Source: Azolla caroliniana (lineage: Eukaryota; Plantae; Polypodiophyta). Taken from it: a DNA stretch of 64,000 nucleotides. This document shows, in pieces, positions 12,619-25,520 of this stretch. The position numbers and the translations under genes were made by a program. The stretch's first letter is position 1, and each line of letters opens with the position of its first letter. The notes under the pieces are model-generated. The model had not been told where the DNA came from. It did not search any database and worked only from the letters and a program-made list of their open reading frames with translations. The stretch lies in contig JBHGNT010000017.1 in NCBI GenBank assembly GCA_043228905.1, positions 13,144,001-13,208,000 of the forward strand. The letters are read 5' to 3'.

Positions 12619-15600
12619 TGTAAATAATCAAGAGATGGATTTGTGTGAAGCGGAAGAGATGTGAGTTGTGTGTGTGTGTAAGAGAGAGAGAGACACACAC
12701 ACACAGAGTATACGCAAGGTTAAGTGTAGAAAGACTCAACATTATACAAGGTGGGAGGAGGGTGCTTTATGTAGTCACCCTCTCTCTTCATTAACTACAA
12801 GCCTCATGGAGCATGGGGAATGTGAAAGCTCATAAGTTATGTGTCATAGAATATGATTCTATGACTCATACTAAATGCTAGAATACAAAGTGGTGACATA
12901 ATGGTGACTCTTGACCGTTGGAGTGTCTCTTCACTCTCAAGGTGAGTTCACACACTAGACCAAGTTGAGCTTGATTCTCAACACGCCCCCTCAAGCTCAA
13001 GTCGGGTCGGTTTCAGACTGTATCTGAAATCCGCTTCAACTCGCGTTCTGGAGTCCGCGTCAACTCGTGTCGACTCGCATGTATGCGGAGTTGCGGAATC
13101 TGTGCTCCAGCTTGCGTTGTGCGTAGTTGCGAAGTCTGTGCTTCGGCTTGCGTCTTTCTTCGCGGCTTTGTTGCGTGGTTGCGGAATCCACGCGTTATTG
13201 CGTAGTGCGAGGTTGCGGAATCTACGCGTTATTGCGTAGTGTCTTCAGTACTCCCCCTCAAGCTTGGCATGTCAGGGATCCTCAATCCGAGATCGGCCAT
13301 GAATTGCCAAAGCTTGTCGGCTCCTAAGGCTTTAGTGAAGATGTCGGCCGTTTGAAGATTGGTGCTAATGTGTTGTAGGTCAACATTACTAGCCAGAACG
13401 CGCTCTCGAATGAAGTCATAGTGCACTTCGATGTGCTTTGTCCGCGCGTGGAACACCGGGTTCCGAGCCAGATAGATACTGCTCATGTTGTCGTAGTAAA
13501 GGGAAGTCAGATCCTTGATGGGTACGCCCAAATCCTTCAAAATCCTCTTGAGCCATACGACTTCACACGCAGCTACGGCTGCGCCCCTGTATTCCGCCTT
13601 CGTACTCGAAAGAGCAACGGTGGGCTGCTTCTTGCCACTCCAAGATATTACTCCGCTGCCGAGGGAGAAAACAAATCCGGAGGTTGATCTTCTATCGGCT
13701 TTGTAGCCGGCCCAATCGGCGTCTGTGTACCCCTTGAGTCGTATTGGCATTGCGGTCTTGTAGAGGATGCCGCAATCCATTGTGCCGCTCACGTATTGTA
13801 GAACTCGCTTAGCGCAATCCAAGTGAGTATCACGCGGTGTTTGCATGAATTGGCTAAGGAGACCGACCGGATAACTCAGATCAAGTTGTGTGATCGTGAG
13901 GTAGATGAGACTCCCGATGAGTTGCCGATACTGAGTCGGCTCACACGCTTTGGTGCCGGAGTTCACATCTAGTTTGAGATTACGATCGAGCGGGGTTGCC
14001 ACAGATTTGCACTCAGCCATCCCGAACTTGTATAATAAGTTGAGGATGTAGTGCCGTTGAGAGATCATGATTCCGGCCGGAGTCCGAATTACCTCGATGC
14101 CAAGGAAGTAGTGGAGCTCCTTCATGTCCGTCATCTCGAACTTGTCGGAAATGAGGGATTTGACTAGGTCATCCACATATAAAATGATGCTCACCTCCAA
14201 TGACTAGGTCATCCACATATAAAATGATGACGATCGGACTTGCGGAATCGCTTCGTATGTAGAGGGAGTTGTCCGATTTTGACATACAGAAGCCGATTTG
14301 ATGAAGATATTGCGTTATCATCGAATGCCAAGCACGCGGTGCTTGCTTGAGGCCGTAGAGAGGCTTCTTGAGTCGGCAAACAGCTTTCGGATGGGTGCTC
14401 GAGTTGAAGCCAGGTGGTTGTATCATGTACACCTCCTCGTCTAATTCTCCTTGTAGAAAGGCGTTCTTGACGTCCATTTGATGGAGGTGCCACCCTTTCG
14501 CCGCGGCAAGCGCAGTTACGGTCCACACTGTTGTCATCTTTGCCACCGGGGCAAAGGTCTCTTCGTAGTCGACGCCATGCGTCTGAGCGTATCCTTTCGC
14601 TACGAGTCGAGATTTGTAGCGGTTTATGGATCCATCTGCATCCAATTGCCTTTTTGTGTGGTGAGGGTGGAACGAGATCCCACGTCTCGTTCTTCCGTAG
14701 TGCCTACATCTCTTCGTTCATTGCTTCGATCCATCGCGGGTCCTTTGCGGCTTCCAAAAAGGTTTCCGGGTCCCGTACTGTCGCTACCTTCATCATAAAG
14801 GCGTAATGGCACGCTATATAATCGTTGTAGCCGAATCGGCTTACGGGGTTCTTTTCACGGGTGGATCCGCGGAGTTTTTCATTTGCAGAGATGAGGGCTT
14901 TCTTAGCTCCGATTGGTACCTCGAAACCGCCGAACTCACTGTCGAGTGAGTGACTCGATTCATCGTCGTCGAAGCGATCGTCTTCATATTCCGCCATTTT
15001 CGCCTTGCCTTTGTCTATCTTCGGGCTAGGCTATGATGTGCTTTGATCGCTCAAAGGCTCTTGTGGTCCGCTCAGTCAGGTCGTGATCGGACTTTCTTCA
15101 AACATGCGCGTAAGGTGATCTTCGTCCTCTATCTCTTGTTCAATGGATTCCGGGTCGAGCAGGGTTGGAGTCGAAGTCAAAGACGACGTCTCGACTTACC
15201 CGAGATTTTTGAGTTGAGGGGTTGTAGCACTTGTACCCCTTTTGCAATCAGTATCCTACGAGGATACATTTCTCCGACTTCGGGTCGAGCTTTTGACGCT
15301 TCTCGTCGGGGATGTGCACGTACACAATGGAGCCGAATATCCGAACATGTGATAGGTTCGGCTTCTTTCTGAAGAATCTTTCGTGCGGAGTGACCTCGTG
15401 CCGCCATCCGATCGAAGGCATTGTACATGTCGGCCCGTGGCTTTCTCGACTTCATTCTTGAAATTCTGGAAGTGTCTGAACACTTCGCTCTTCAGCTGCA
15501 TCGGGTAGATCCAAGTGTGCCTAGGAAAGTCGTCAATGAAGAGCACGTAATATCGGCATCCGCCGAATGTCGCCGTTTGAGCCGGACCCCATACATCGGA

Positions 15601-17788
15601 ATGAATTACGTCGAGTACGCTTTTGCTCACATTCCACTCCTTCGGAATGGGTGTCAGTGTTGCTTGCCGAATTGGCACGCTTCGCATACACCTTCAATCT
15701 CCTTCTCTTTGAATGTCGGGAGTCCAATGACGACTCCTGTCGATTTCATTGCTTTGAGTTAGTTGAGATTGATGTGGCCGATTCGCTTATGCCATAGCTC
15801 TATGTCGGATTCAGCTTTCGTGCTTTTCGCGAACATGGCGTATTTCATCTCGTGCGAATCGAGAATGAACATCCAGCCCTCTCTTCTTCCACGTGCGATG
15901 ATTCGGCCTTCTTTTTCGATGAAGCACCCTTCTTGGTCGAATCGTACTTGCATCCCTTGCTCAACCATTTGGCCGACTAAGACCAAATTTTTTGTGATGG
16001 TGGGAACATGCAAGACATTTTTAATGTATGTTTGCTTACCTCTTTCACCGAACGAAACATTGCCAATGTGCCGAATCGGGTGCGTAGTGTCATCTCCGGT
16101 TTCGACATAAGCGGGTCGCTCCTGTTCTCAAAGTTTGAGAAACCATTCTTTATGGGATGTCATATGGTTTGAGGCTCCGAAGTCTACAAACCATACGTCC
16201 TCCGGATAGAGGGCACTAGTTGAGGTAGAGGCCGACATAGAGTTTGCTCTATGTTTCATCATGAACATTCCGCCACGGTCGGAGTTCCATGCATACATTC
16301 CGCCACGATCTTCGTAGTCGGAGTTGTTCCCGTACATTCCGCTATACTCTTCATAGTCGGAATTGTGTGCATAATTCGTGAGTTGTCGGCTTGTGGAAGC
16401 CGATTCACGCATCTTCTTTCGGCACTCTTCTTCACGGTGGCCGAGCTTTCCGCAGTTTCCGCATTTGGTTGCGTTTTGACGGCTCGGGCCGGATTGGAAG
16501 CTCCCCCTTCTTGTCAAGGTTCCTCGTTGGCCTCCATTTTGCGGCCGAAATTGGGAGTTGTTGTCGTAGGTCAGACCTCGTTTGCCTTGTCCTTGGCCGA
16601 ATCGGCCTCTCGTTCATGCGCATCCTCTTCCTCCATTAGAGTGCGTGTAGAGCATGTGGCCTTCTGACTCATTGCTCCTTGTACGCATGTGGTTTTCTTC
16701 GACCAATAGCATTGATTGGAGCTCGAAGAAGGAGGGAGATTTCTCCCGTGCTAGAACGGCGGTTCGCATCACGCCGAACCGTGGTGCGAGGCCGCCGAGG
16801 CATATTTGCACCATCTCATCATCATCTATACTTACGCTTATTGAGCCGAGCGAGTCGCAAAGCTCCTTGATCTTCAAGGTGTATGTAGTGATGGACATGT
16901 CCCTTTGTTGAATGTTGTTCAACTCTTGGCGGAGTTGAAGCTTCCTCGCGGTCGTGTTGGCGGTGAAAATCTTTCGTAGATTTTCCCACACTTCCTTCGG
17001 CGTCTTGGCTTCTCGTATGTAACGGAGCATGTGGTCGTGAACACATGTCGCTAAACAATACATCACGCGGCTTGCGGCTTGCTCCCATGTCACGTATCCG
17101 GGAGCCGGTTCGGCGGGTCGGTCTTTATGCGCTCCTTTGATGTAGCTCCAATAGCCTTGTCTGACAAGGTATTGGTGCATCTTGTACTCCCAAGATGCGA
17201 AGTTGTTTCGATCCAACTTCTCGGTAGGGAGAGCGCTCCCGATTTGAGTATTCATTATATCGATTCTTCTTCTTCTTCTTCTCTCTTCGAATGCGAGCTA
17301 TGTAGCGAAGCTACGATAGCTATGAGCCGGTTCTTGGTCGTCGGTGTAGAGCACAACACACGATCACGATGAGGCGAATGGGCTAGATCGAGCTACCAAA
17401 TCGCTCTGATACCATGTAAATAATCAAGAGATGGATTCTTGGGAAGCGGAAGAGATGTGAGTTGTGTGTGTGTGTAAGAGAGAGACACACACACACACAG
17501 AGTATACGCAAGGTTAAGTGTATTAGCAAAGGAGAAAGAGTCAACATTATACAAGGTGGGACGAGGGTGTTGTATGTAGTCACCCTCTCTCTTCATTAAC
17601 TACAAGCCTCATGGAGCATGGGGAATGTGAAAGCTAATAAGTTATGTGTCATAGAATATGATTCTATGACTCATACTAAATGCTAGAATACAAAGTGGTG
17701 ACATAATGGTGACTCTTGACCGTTGGAGTGTCTCTTCACTCTCAAGGTGAGTTCACACACTAGACCAAGTTGAGCTTGATTCTCAACA
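12619..17788 (-). mobile_element. Copia element with both LTRs, internally deleted (LTRs 12619-12983 and 17415-17788; TSD CCCAA)
   Basis: Matching LTRs; TSD at 12614-12618 and 17789-17793; iMet PBS ~17402-17414; gag (MNTQIGSALPTEKL), integrase, RT (ILYVDDL) and RNaseH fragments. Confidence 0.95.
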
Positions 17789-18683
17789 CCCAATATTGCT
17801 CGACAGACCTTGGCTATGCTCAGCCAACATCAAATAGAATTGGCAGCATAATTGTATCAGCTTTCGGCGAGGCCGAGCAAAGTTCGCGTGCCCACTCAGA
17901 AAACAGCAACCCCAACCAAGGGCATAATGCCATTATACGCGGAATATATAAATGTGTTGGATGGAGTAGATGATACAAAGCTTGAGGCGTACCTGGAGGA
18001 CCACCCGCGGATCGTTCCATTATTCAAAATTGACGTAATAGAAACCGGTGCGGAATATGCCCCACCTAATACGTTGCGGGAAGCTGAATACGAACCAAAC
18101 CCAGAGTCGCTAATGGAGTTAAGTAGAGCACGCGCAACGTTCGAGAGAGAAATGGAAATCTCGCGGCGAGTCACCGCTTCGGCATTAGAAGAAGTTCATA
18201 TCGGAACCACGGCGGAACCTCAACTACTCTCAATTGCAAAGGACTTGGTCCCAAGTGAGAAGACGACAATGATCAAGATGCTCAAGGAATATAAGGATGT
18301 TTTCGCATGGTCACATGAGGACATGCAAGGGTTGGATCCAAAATTCTATTAGCACAAGATCAACTTGTCCACCGATGCAAAACCGATGCAGCAACGTCGC
18401 TATAAGATGAACCCGAATTACGCAGTTCACGTAAAAGAAGAGATTGACAAACTTCTAAAAGCAGGGTTTATCCGGCCGGTGAAGCAAGCCACGTGGCTAA
18501 GCCCGATAGTCGTGGTACCAAAGAAAAATGGTAAAATTCGCATTTGCGTGGATTATCGTAAGCTTAACATCGTAACGATAACAGATGCGTTCCCCTTACC
18601 CTTCACCGATAACGTACTAGACGCGGTCACGGGCTATAAAGAATCAAGATATGGATTCTTGTGAAGCGGAAAAGATGTGAGTT

Positions 18684-18743
<60 letters not shown>

Positions 18744-19880
18744 CAAAGAGAATACGCAAGGTAAAAGTATATTCACAAAGGAGAAAGACTCAACGTTATA
18801 CAAGGTGGGAGGAGGGTGCTTTATGTAGTCACCCTCTCTCTTCATTAACTACAAGCCTCATGGAGCATGGGGAATGTGAAAGCTAATAAGTTATGTGTCA
18901 TAGAATATGATTCTATGACTCATACTAAATGCTAGAATACAAAGTGGTGACATAATGGTGACTCTTGACCGTTGGAGTGTCTCTTCACTCTCAAGGTGAG
19001 TATACACACTAGACCAAGTTGAGCTTGATTCTCAACACGCCCCCTCAAGCTCAAGTCGGGTCGATTTCATACGGTATCCGAAATCCGCTTCAACTCACTT
19101 TCCGGAGTCCGCGTCGCTTTATGTAGAGTTGCGGAGTTGCGGAGTTGCGGAGTCCGTGCTCCAGCTTGCGTTGTGCGAAGTCTGTGCTTCGGCTTGCGTC
19201 TTTCTTCGCAGCTTTGCGCGGTAGATCGGCTCTTCGCTGCTTCGTTGCGTGGTTGCAGAATCCACGCGTTATTGCGTAATGTCTTTAGTACTCCCCCTCA
19301 ACCTTGGCAGGTCAGGGATCGTCAATCCGAGATTGGTCATGAATTGCCATAGGCCATAGCTTGTCGGCTCCTAAGGCTTTAGTGAAGATGTCGGCCGTTT
19401 GAAGATTGGTGCTAATGTGTTGTAGGTAGACATCGCCAGCTAGAACGCGCTCTCGGATGAAGTGATAGTGCAATTCGATGTGCTTTGTCCGCACGTGGAA
19501 CACCGAGTTCCGAGCCAAATAGATACTGGGTGAAAGCATGCGAGTGGAAACAATTAGCTATGTCCTTGACATAGCTAATTAGCTATGCAAAAAGCTACCA
19601 TTGATATATAGTCATTTTAGTAAAAAGCCATCATTAATAAATTAAGTATGCAAAAAACTACCATTGAAAATACTAGAGTGTTTTAATTACATATGTAAAT
19701 GAGTGCCATAAATGTGCAACATAAATTGATGTGTGCACCATAAATGTGTACCATAAATTATATATCGAATTCCTAGGTCCATTATGCATGATCCTTTGCC
19801 ACATCACGTAGGCCATCTCTAGTTGAGTACTGTGGGTTAGTTGCTACCACTGTTGCTAAACCCTATCGAGTCCACCTGCC

Positions 19881-20800
19881 GCCACTCTACACTGAGGGGC
19901 CGCTTCTGTGCGTTCCAAGCATCATCAAAGAGCTGCTCAATCTAACGGGGTTCTCTTCTCTGTGACACTCTACACTCAGGGGCCACTACTGTGCATTCCA
20001 AGCATCATCAAAGAGCTGTTCAATCTGACGGGGTTCTCTTCTCTGTGCCACTCTACACTCAGGGGCCATTACTGTGCGTTCCAAGCATCATCAAAGAGTT
20101 GTTCAATCTGAGGGGGTTCTCTTCTCTGTGCCACTCTACACTCAGGGGCCATTACTGTGCGTTCCAAGCATCATCAAAGAGTTGTTCAATCTGAGGGGGT
20201 TCTCTTCTCTGTGCCACTCTACACTCAGGGGCCGATGTTGTGCGTTCCAAGCATCATCAAAGAGTTGTTCAATCTGACGGGGTTCTCTTCTCTTTGCCAC
20301 TCTACACTCAGGGGTTGCTACTGTGCGTTCCAAGCATAATCAAAGAGCTATTCAATCTGACGGGGTTCTCTTCTCTTTTCCACTCTCACTCAGGGGCCGC
20401 TACTGTGCGTTTCAAGCATCATTGGTAACTGTTCAATCTGACGGGGTTCTCTTCTCTTTTCCACTCTCACTTAGGGGCCGCTACTGTGTGTTTCAAGCAT
20501 CATTGGTAACTGTTCAATCTGACGGGGTTCTCTTCTCTTTTCCACTCTCACTCAGGGGCCGCTACTGTGCGTTTCAAGCATCATTGGTAACTGTTCAATC
20601 TGACGGGGTTCTCTTCTCTATGCCACTCTATTCTCAAGTGCCTTCTATGTGCGTTTCAAGCATCATCGGTAACTGTTCAATCTGACGGGGTTCTCTCCTC
20701 CATTGCCATCATTCTATACTCAGTTGCCACTACTGTCCAGTCCCGGATTGCTTCCACATTTCGATTTGACGGAGTTCACTCATCCAACGGCAACATTCTA
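19881..20800. repeat. Subterminal minisatellite, about 10-11 units of 83 bp shifting to 80 bp
   Basis: Unit CCACTCTACACTCAGGGGCC...CAAGCATCATCAAAGAGTTGTTCAATCTGACGGGGTTCTCTTCTC repeated head to tail upstream of the transposase ATG. Confidence 0.95.
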
Positions 20801-21031
20801 CACTCAGTTGTTGCCATTGGTCGGTCTTGGATCGCCTCCTCAACTGTTGGATCCAACGGAGTGAAATCCTCTACTGTTCGGTCTTGGATTGCAATAACTT
20901 TTCTGTCTATTGATTATCTTGTGTATTGTTGTGTCTAATCTTGTGTATTGTGTGGAATATTTTTGTGTATTGTTGTTGCCCATAGCCATCTTTAATACTT
21001 GTTTTTTTTTCTGGAAATTTAGGGTTTTAAC

Positions 21032-24000
21032 ATGTCTAGCCAAATGGAAGGGGAAGAAGGGTGTTTAGAATTACCCCTCAATGATCATAAGGATAGGGAT
21101 GATGTTATCAGGACACAACAAGCCATACGAAACTATTGGGCAGAAAAAAAAAGGAAACATCGTCAATTGTTGAAGGATACGAAAGCCACACTCAGTAAAG
21201 GTAAGGATAGTTTAGCTGAGAATGTAAGTAATGCGACTACCATCATAGAGAGAAAGGTTGTAGACTATTTCAATGTTCAAACCAAGCACATCAGCAATGA
21301 AGAAAAGAAGGTAGTACTTTATGGAATATGTAATGATCCATCGATAAAGGACTTAGTTGATTGTGATGGTCTTAATGCAAACATATCATCTATTTTAGTA
21401 AATAATCTTCGTAATAGTTTCGTATCCATGAGCAGGTCAGAAGATGATCTTGTCTTAAAAAGGTCTAGTCTAATGATGTTACTTAATAGTGATGTTGACG
21501 ATATAAACATCAGTGAGCTATCTAAGGTAATTGGTGTTAGTAGAAAAACAGTGTACAATACAATGAACCGTATAATTTCCTCGGGTGAAGGAACTAGTCT
21601 ACTAAAGCTAACTACAAGATGTAAGCCAATGACACCCATAACATTTGAAATCAAGGATGTAATCACAATGTTTTGGACTAATGAGAGTAGGGTTTCACCC
21701 AATAAAAAGGATTTATGCAGGAAACGTGTTGGAAGAAATCAATACGAGGAGCATCCCATTCATCTTGTCAGGTATTTACATTTATCTCAACATTTGTTTT
21801 GACTCTACTCGGAAAGTTAATTAGCTCAGTTAGCAGAAAAGCTAATTAGCTTATCAGTTACATTTACCTCAGTTAGCTACTAGGATCGCTACTACATAGG
21901 TAACTAGCTACTCTCAATAGTTACTACCATGATAGCTAATTAGCTATTCTCAATAGCTAATTTAGGTACTACCAGATAATTAGCTGTATTGCTAGCTAGT
22001 TAGCTATCATGGTAGCTAGTTAGCTATTTCGTTATTACCAGCTAATTAGCTACTAGGAAAGCTAATTAGCTACCATGATAGCTAATTAGCTACTATGATA
22101 GCTACTACATAGGTAACTGGCTACTCTCAATAGCTACTACCATGATAGCTAATTAGCTATTCTCAATAGCTAATTTAGGTACCACCAGATAATTAGTTGT
22201 ACTGGAAGCTAGTTAGCTATCATGGTAGCTAGTTTGTTATTTCGTTATTACCAGCTAATTAGCTACTAGGAAAGCTAATTAGCTACTATGATAGCTAATT
22301 AGCTTACTAGGATAGCTAATTAGCCACCGTGATAGCTAATTAGCTACTAGACCAGCTAATTTGCTACCATGATAGCTAATTAGTTAGGATAGCTAATTAG
22401 CCACCATTATAGCTAATTAGCTACCATGATAGCTAATTAGTTACTAGGACAGCTAATTAGCCACCATGATAGCTAATTAGCTACCATGATAGCTAATTAG
22501 TTAGGATAGCTAATTAGCCACCATTATAGCTAATTAGCTACTAGACCAGCTAATTAGCTACCATGATAGCTAATTAGTTACTAGGACAGCTAATTAGCCA
22601 CCATGATAGCTAATTAGCTACCATGATAGCTAATTAGCTACCATGATAGCTAATTAGCTACTAGACCAGCTAATTAGCGACCATGATAGCTAATTAGTTA
22701 CTAGGAAAGCTAATCAGCCACCATTATAGCTAATTAGCTACTAGACCAGCTAATTAGCTACCATGATAGCTAATTAGCTACTAGACCAGCTAATTAGCTA
22801 CCATGATAGCTAATTAGTTACTAGGAAAGCTAATTAGCCACCATGATAGCTAATTAGCTACTAGACAAGCTAATTAGCTACCATGATAGCTAATTAGTTA
22901 CTAGGAAAGCTAATTAGCCACCATGATAGCTAATTAGCTACTAGAGCAGCTAATTAGCTACCATGATAGCTAATTAGCTACTAGGACAACTAATTAGCTA
23001 CTAGGACAGCTAATTAGCTACCATGATAGCTAATTAGCTACTACGACAGCTAATTAGCTACCATGATAGCTAATTAGCTACTAGAATAGCTAATTAGCTA
23101 CTAGAATAGCTAATTAGCTACCATGATAGCTAATTAGCTACTACGACAGCTAATTAACTACCATGATAGCTAATTAGCTACTAGGACAACTAATTAGCTA
23201 CTAGGACAGCTAATTAGCTACCATGATAGCTAATTAGCTACTAGAATAGCTAACTAGCTACTAGAATAGCTAATTAGCTACTAGGATAGTTAGCTAGTTA
23301 CGAGAATAACTAATTCCCCTTTATTACGCAGGTCGATTTATTTATTAGGTTCAAACGAATGCATCCAACTATCAAAGTTCAACTACGAACATTCGAGTCT
23401 CTCAAGCCACACTTTGTGAGACGCTTAAAGGATCGATACACATGTTGTTGCATTTACCATGTACAGATGGGTTTTCTGAAGGACTCTGTTAATCTACTAC
23501 GTCACCATAGTGCATCCCTAACTAATACAGTTTGCACATGTGGGTGCCCAATCTGTCGATCAAGCCCGCAAGAGGAGTGTAAATCATCTGAGCACGTTAT
23601 CTCTTCCATGAGTTATTTATTAGATTCAATATTGTGTCCGAGAGAAACTGACGCTATCTTCCATATTCATAAATGTGTCATGGGTTTATGTCAAGATTGT
23701 GGCCCTACTAGATTTAGGTGGTGTCCAAATGAATTGAGTAGTGAAATATTGATCTCTGTGAAGTTATTTGAGTCAGTGAACACCAATTTCGAAGGAAAGG
23801 TGTGTAAAAGAAAGGATCTAGTTCGGAAGATGCTTAAACCAAGGGATTTGGTGTCTCTGTTTGTAGTATCTCTAGGAAAGTTCATTAAACACAACTTCAT
23901 TTATTCATGGCAGGCCCATCAGTTTAAGACTTGCATATCTGATTTCCCAAATGATGTAGTAGTCTCAGTAGTAGATTTCGCAGAGAATTATACTTTCAAG

Positions 24001-25173
24001 CAGCAGAATGAAATTCAATCTATGCATTGGTGTTAAGTTCAGGTAACCATTTTTGTGCACATAACATATTTTCGAGTTTCAGGTGATGTTAAAAAAGTAA
24101 TTCATTTCTTTATTTCCGATGATAAGAAGCATGATACCTTGTTCGTCCAACACTGTTTTAAGTTACATTGGCAGTGGTTATTAGCTCAACGTTTGGAGCT
24201 TACTCAACATTGGGTCTGGTCTGACGGAGCTGCGTCACAATTCAAGGCTCGACGTCCATTTTATTTTGTGGGGAGGTATCCTGCTATAACAGGTTTGGAG
24301 ATGAGATGGAATTTTTTTGGGTCTGGCCATGGTAAAGGTGAACATGATGGTGCAGGGGCTGTTATAAAGCGGGCACTTACCCATGAACAACTAAAGACAG
24401 ATGGTGTGCACATGAATTGTGCATCACATGTAGTTGAATTTTTAAGAACAAATATGTCAACGAGTGCCACAGGTGTTTATTCCTCGCAAGTCCGAGATAT
24501 CAAACGTGAATTTTGGGAAGTGAAGATAGATGAAGTAAATAGGGAGAAGACCTGGGAGTGCCAAGGAATTCCCGAATTGCGAACTCTGCATGTTGTTCGC
24601 GGTTATTCCAGGTTGGATGGTCATTGTATTGCGGTTAGAGAATTGACTTGTTTTTGCTTCCATTGTGTGCAGGGAAATTGGAGATATTGTCTAAACAAAG
24701 CATACATTCAGAATTGGGAGTATCACACTCTGAATGATAAGGAAGCAGTTGATGGAGAAACAGGGCAGAATGCTGACTTCACATATGAGGGACTTGGAGA
24801 TACTTTGAGTGATGTCCTGAACGTTGGGGATAACTTCGCTGTAAATGTTGAAGAAGGCAATTCAGAGGGTGCTGATTTCTATATATTAAAGTGCACGGTT
24901 AGTAAACAGTGTGCAAGGCAGAATATTGTAGATGCATGGGGAAATTTTGTATCTGCCGGGACATTCTACATCGAAGGCATTTTTTATGCAAAACTAGATG
25001 ACTACGAATATGTGTACAGGCTGTTAGAAGACAAACCAGCGGCGTATATGTACTCTCATTTGGTCAGATGCATCAACGTCCCAATGTCAGAATACAATAG
25101 CTGCTCCGGTTTATACACTGTTGGTGCTAATGTGTATGAATGTATTTACAATAGTATGCCATGGAATTTGTAG
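21032..25173 (+). pseudogene. Sola2-like DDD transposase, two exons (21032-21771, 23332-25173), disrupted
   Basis: Motifs TCCCIYH, VDFAENY..QNEIQSMHW, FISDDKKHD, WSDGAASQFK, FFGSGHGKGEHDGAGAVIKR. GT..AG intron 21772-23331. In-frame TAA at 24034-24036 and an exon phase mismatch suggest decay. Confidence 0.85.
21820..23313. repeat. Intronic satellite of the palindrome TAGCTAATTAGCTA with 6-nt variable linkers (20-bp period)
   Basis: Dozens of units such as CCATGATAGCTAATTAGCTA and CTAGACCAGCTAATTAGCTA. Confidence 0.97.
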
Positions 25174-25520
25174 CTACAAGTAGCACTTACCATGTTCTCT
25201 TGTAAAACAAACATGTATTTCGCGAAAACAGTTAAATAAATTCGTTTGGAATCAATTTCTTGTATACAGTCTGCTTTTTGTGCTTCTTTCTCAATAAAAT
25301 CATGTCTTTTTTGTTAAGTTTTAAGTTATAAGTTATAGCGAAATAGTCATCAGTAGCTAATTAGCTGTACAAATGCAGCTAATTAGCTGTCAATAGCTAA
25401 ATAGTCATCAATAGAATGAAATCAACAATCTGCAACATATTCCTCAAATTACACAGTAGATAAGTACAGTGGGAACAAGTAATTAAATTCTTCATTGAAT
25501 AATGTCATCTCTTTACATAT

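Noticed and set aside
14160-14230. Duplicated YVDD motif in Copia RT
   Set aside because: Local duplication/deletion scar in a decayed copy; the sister copy at ~38480-38550 has the normal single motif.
19881-20800. CRISPR-like array
   Set aside because: Whole units repeat with no unique spacers, no cas genes are present, and the context is eukaryotic.
22300-23290. Palindromic repeats with short variable linkers as a CRISPR-type memory array
   Set aside because: Linkers are 6 nt and drawn from a handful of related variants, which is ordinary satellite turnover.
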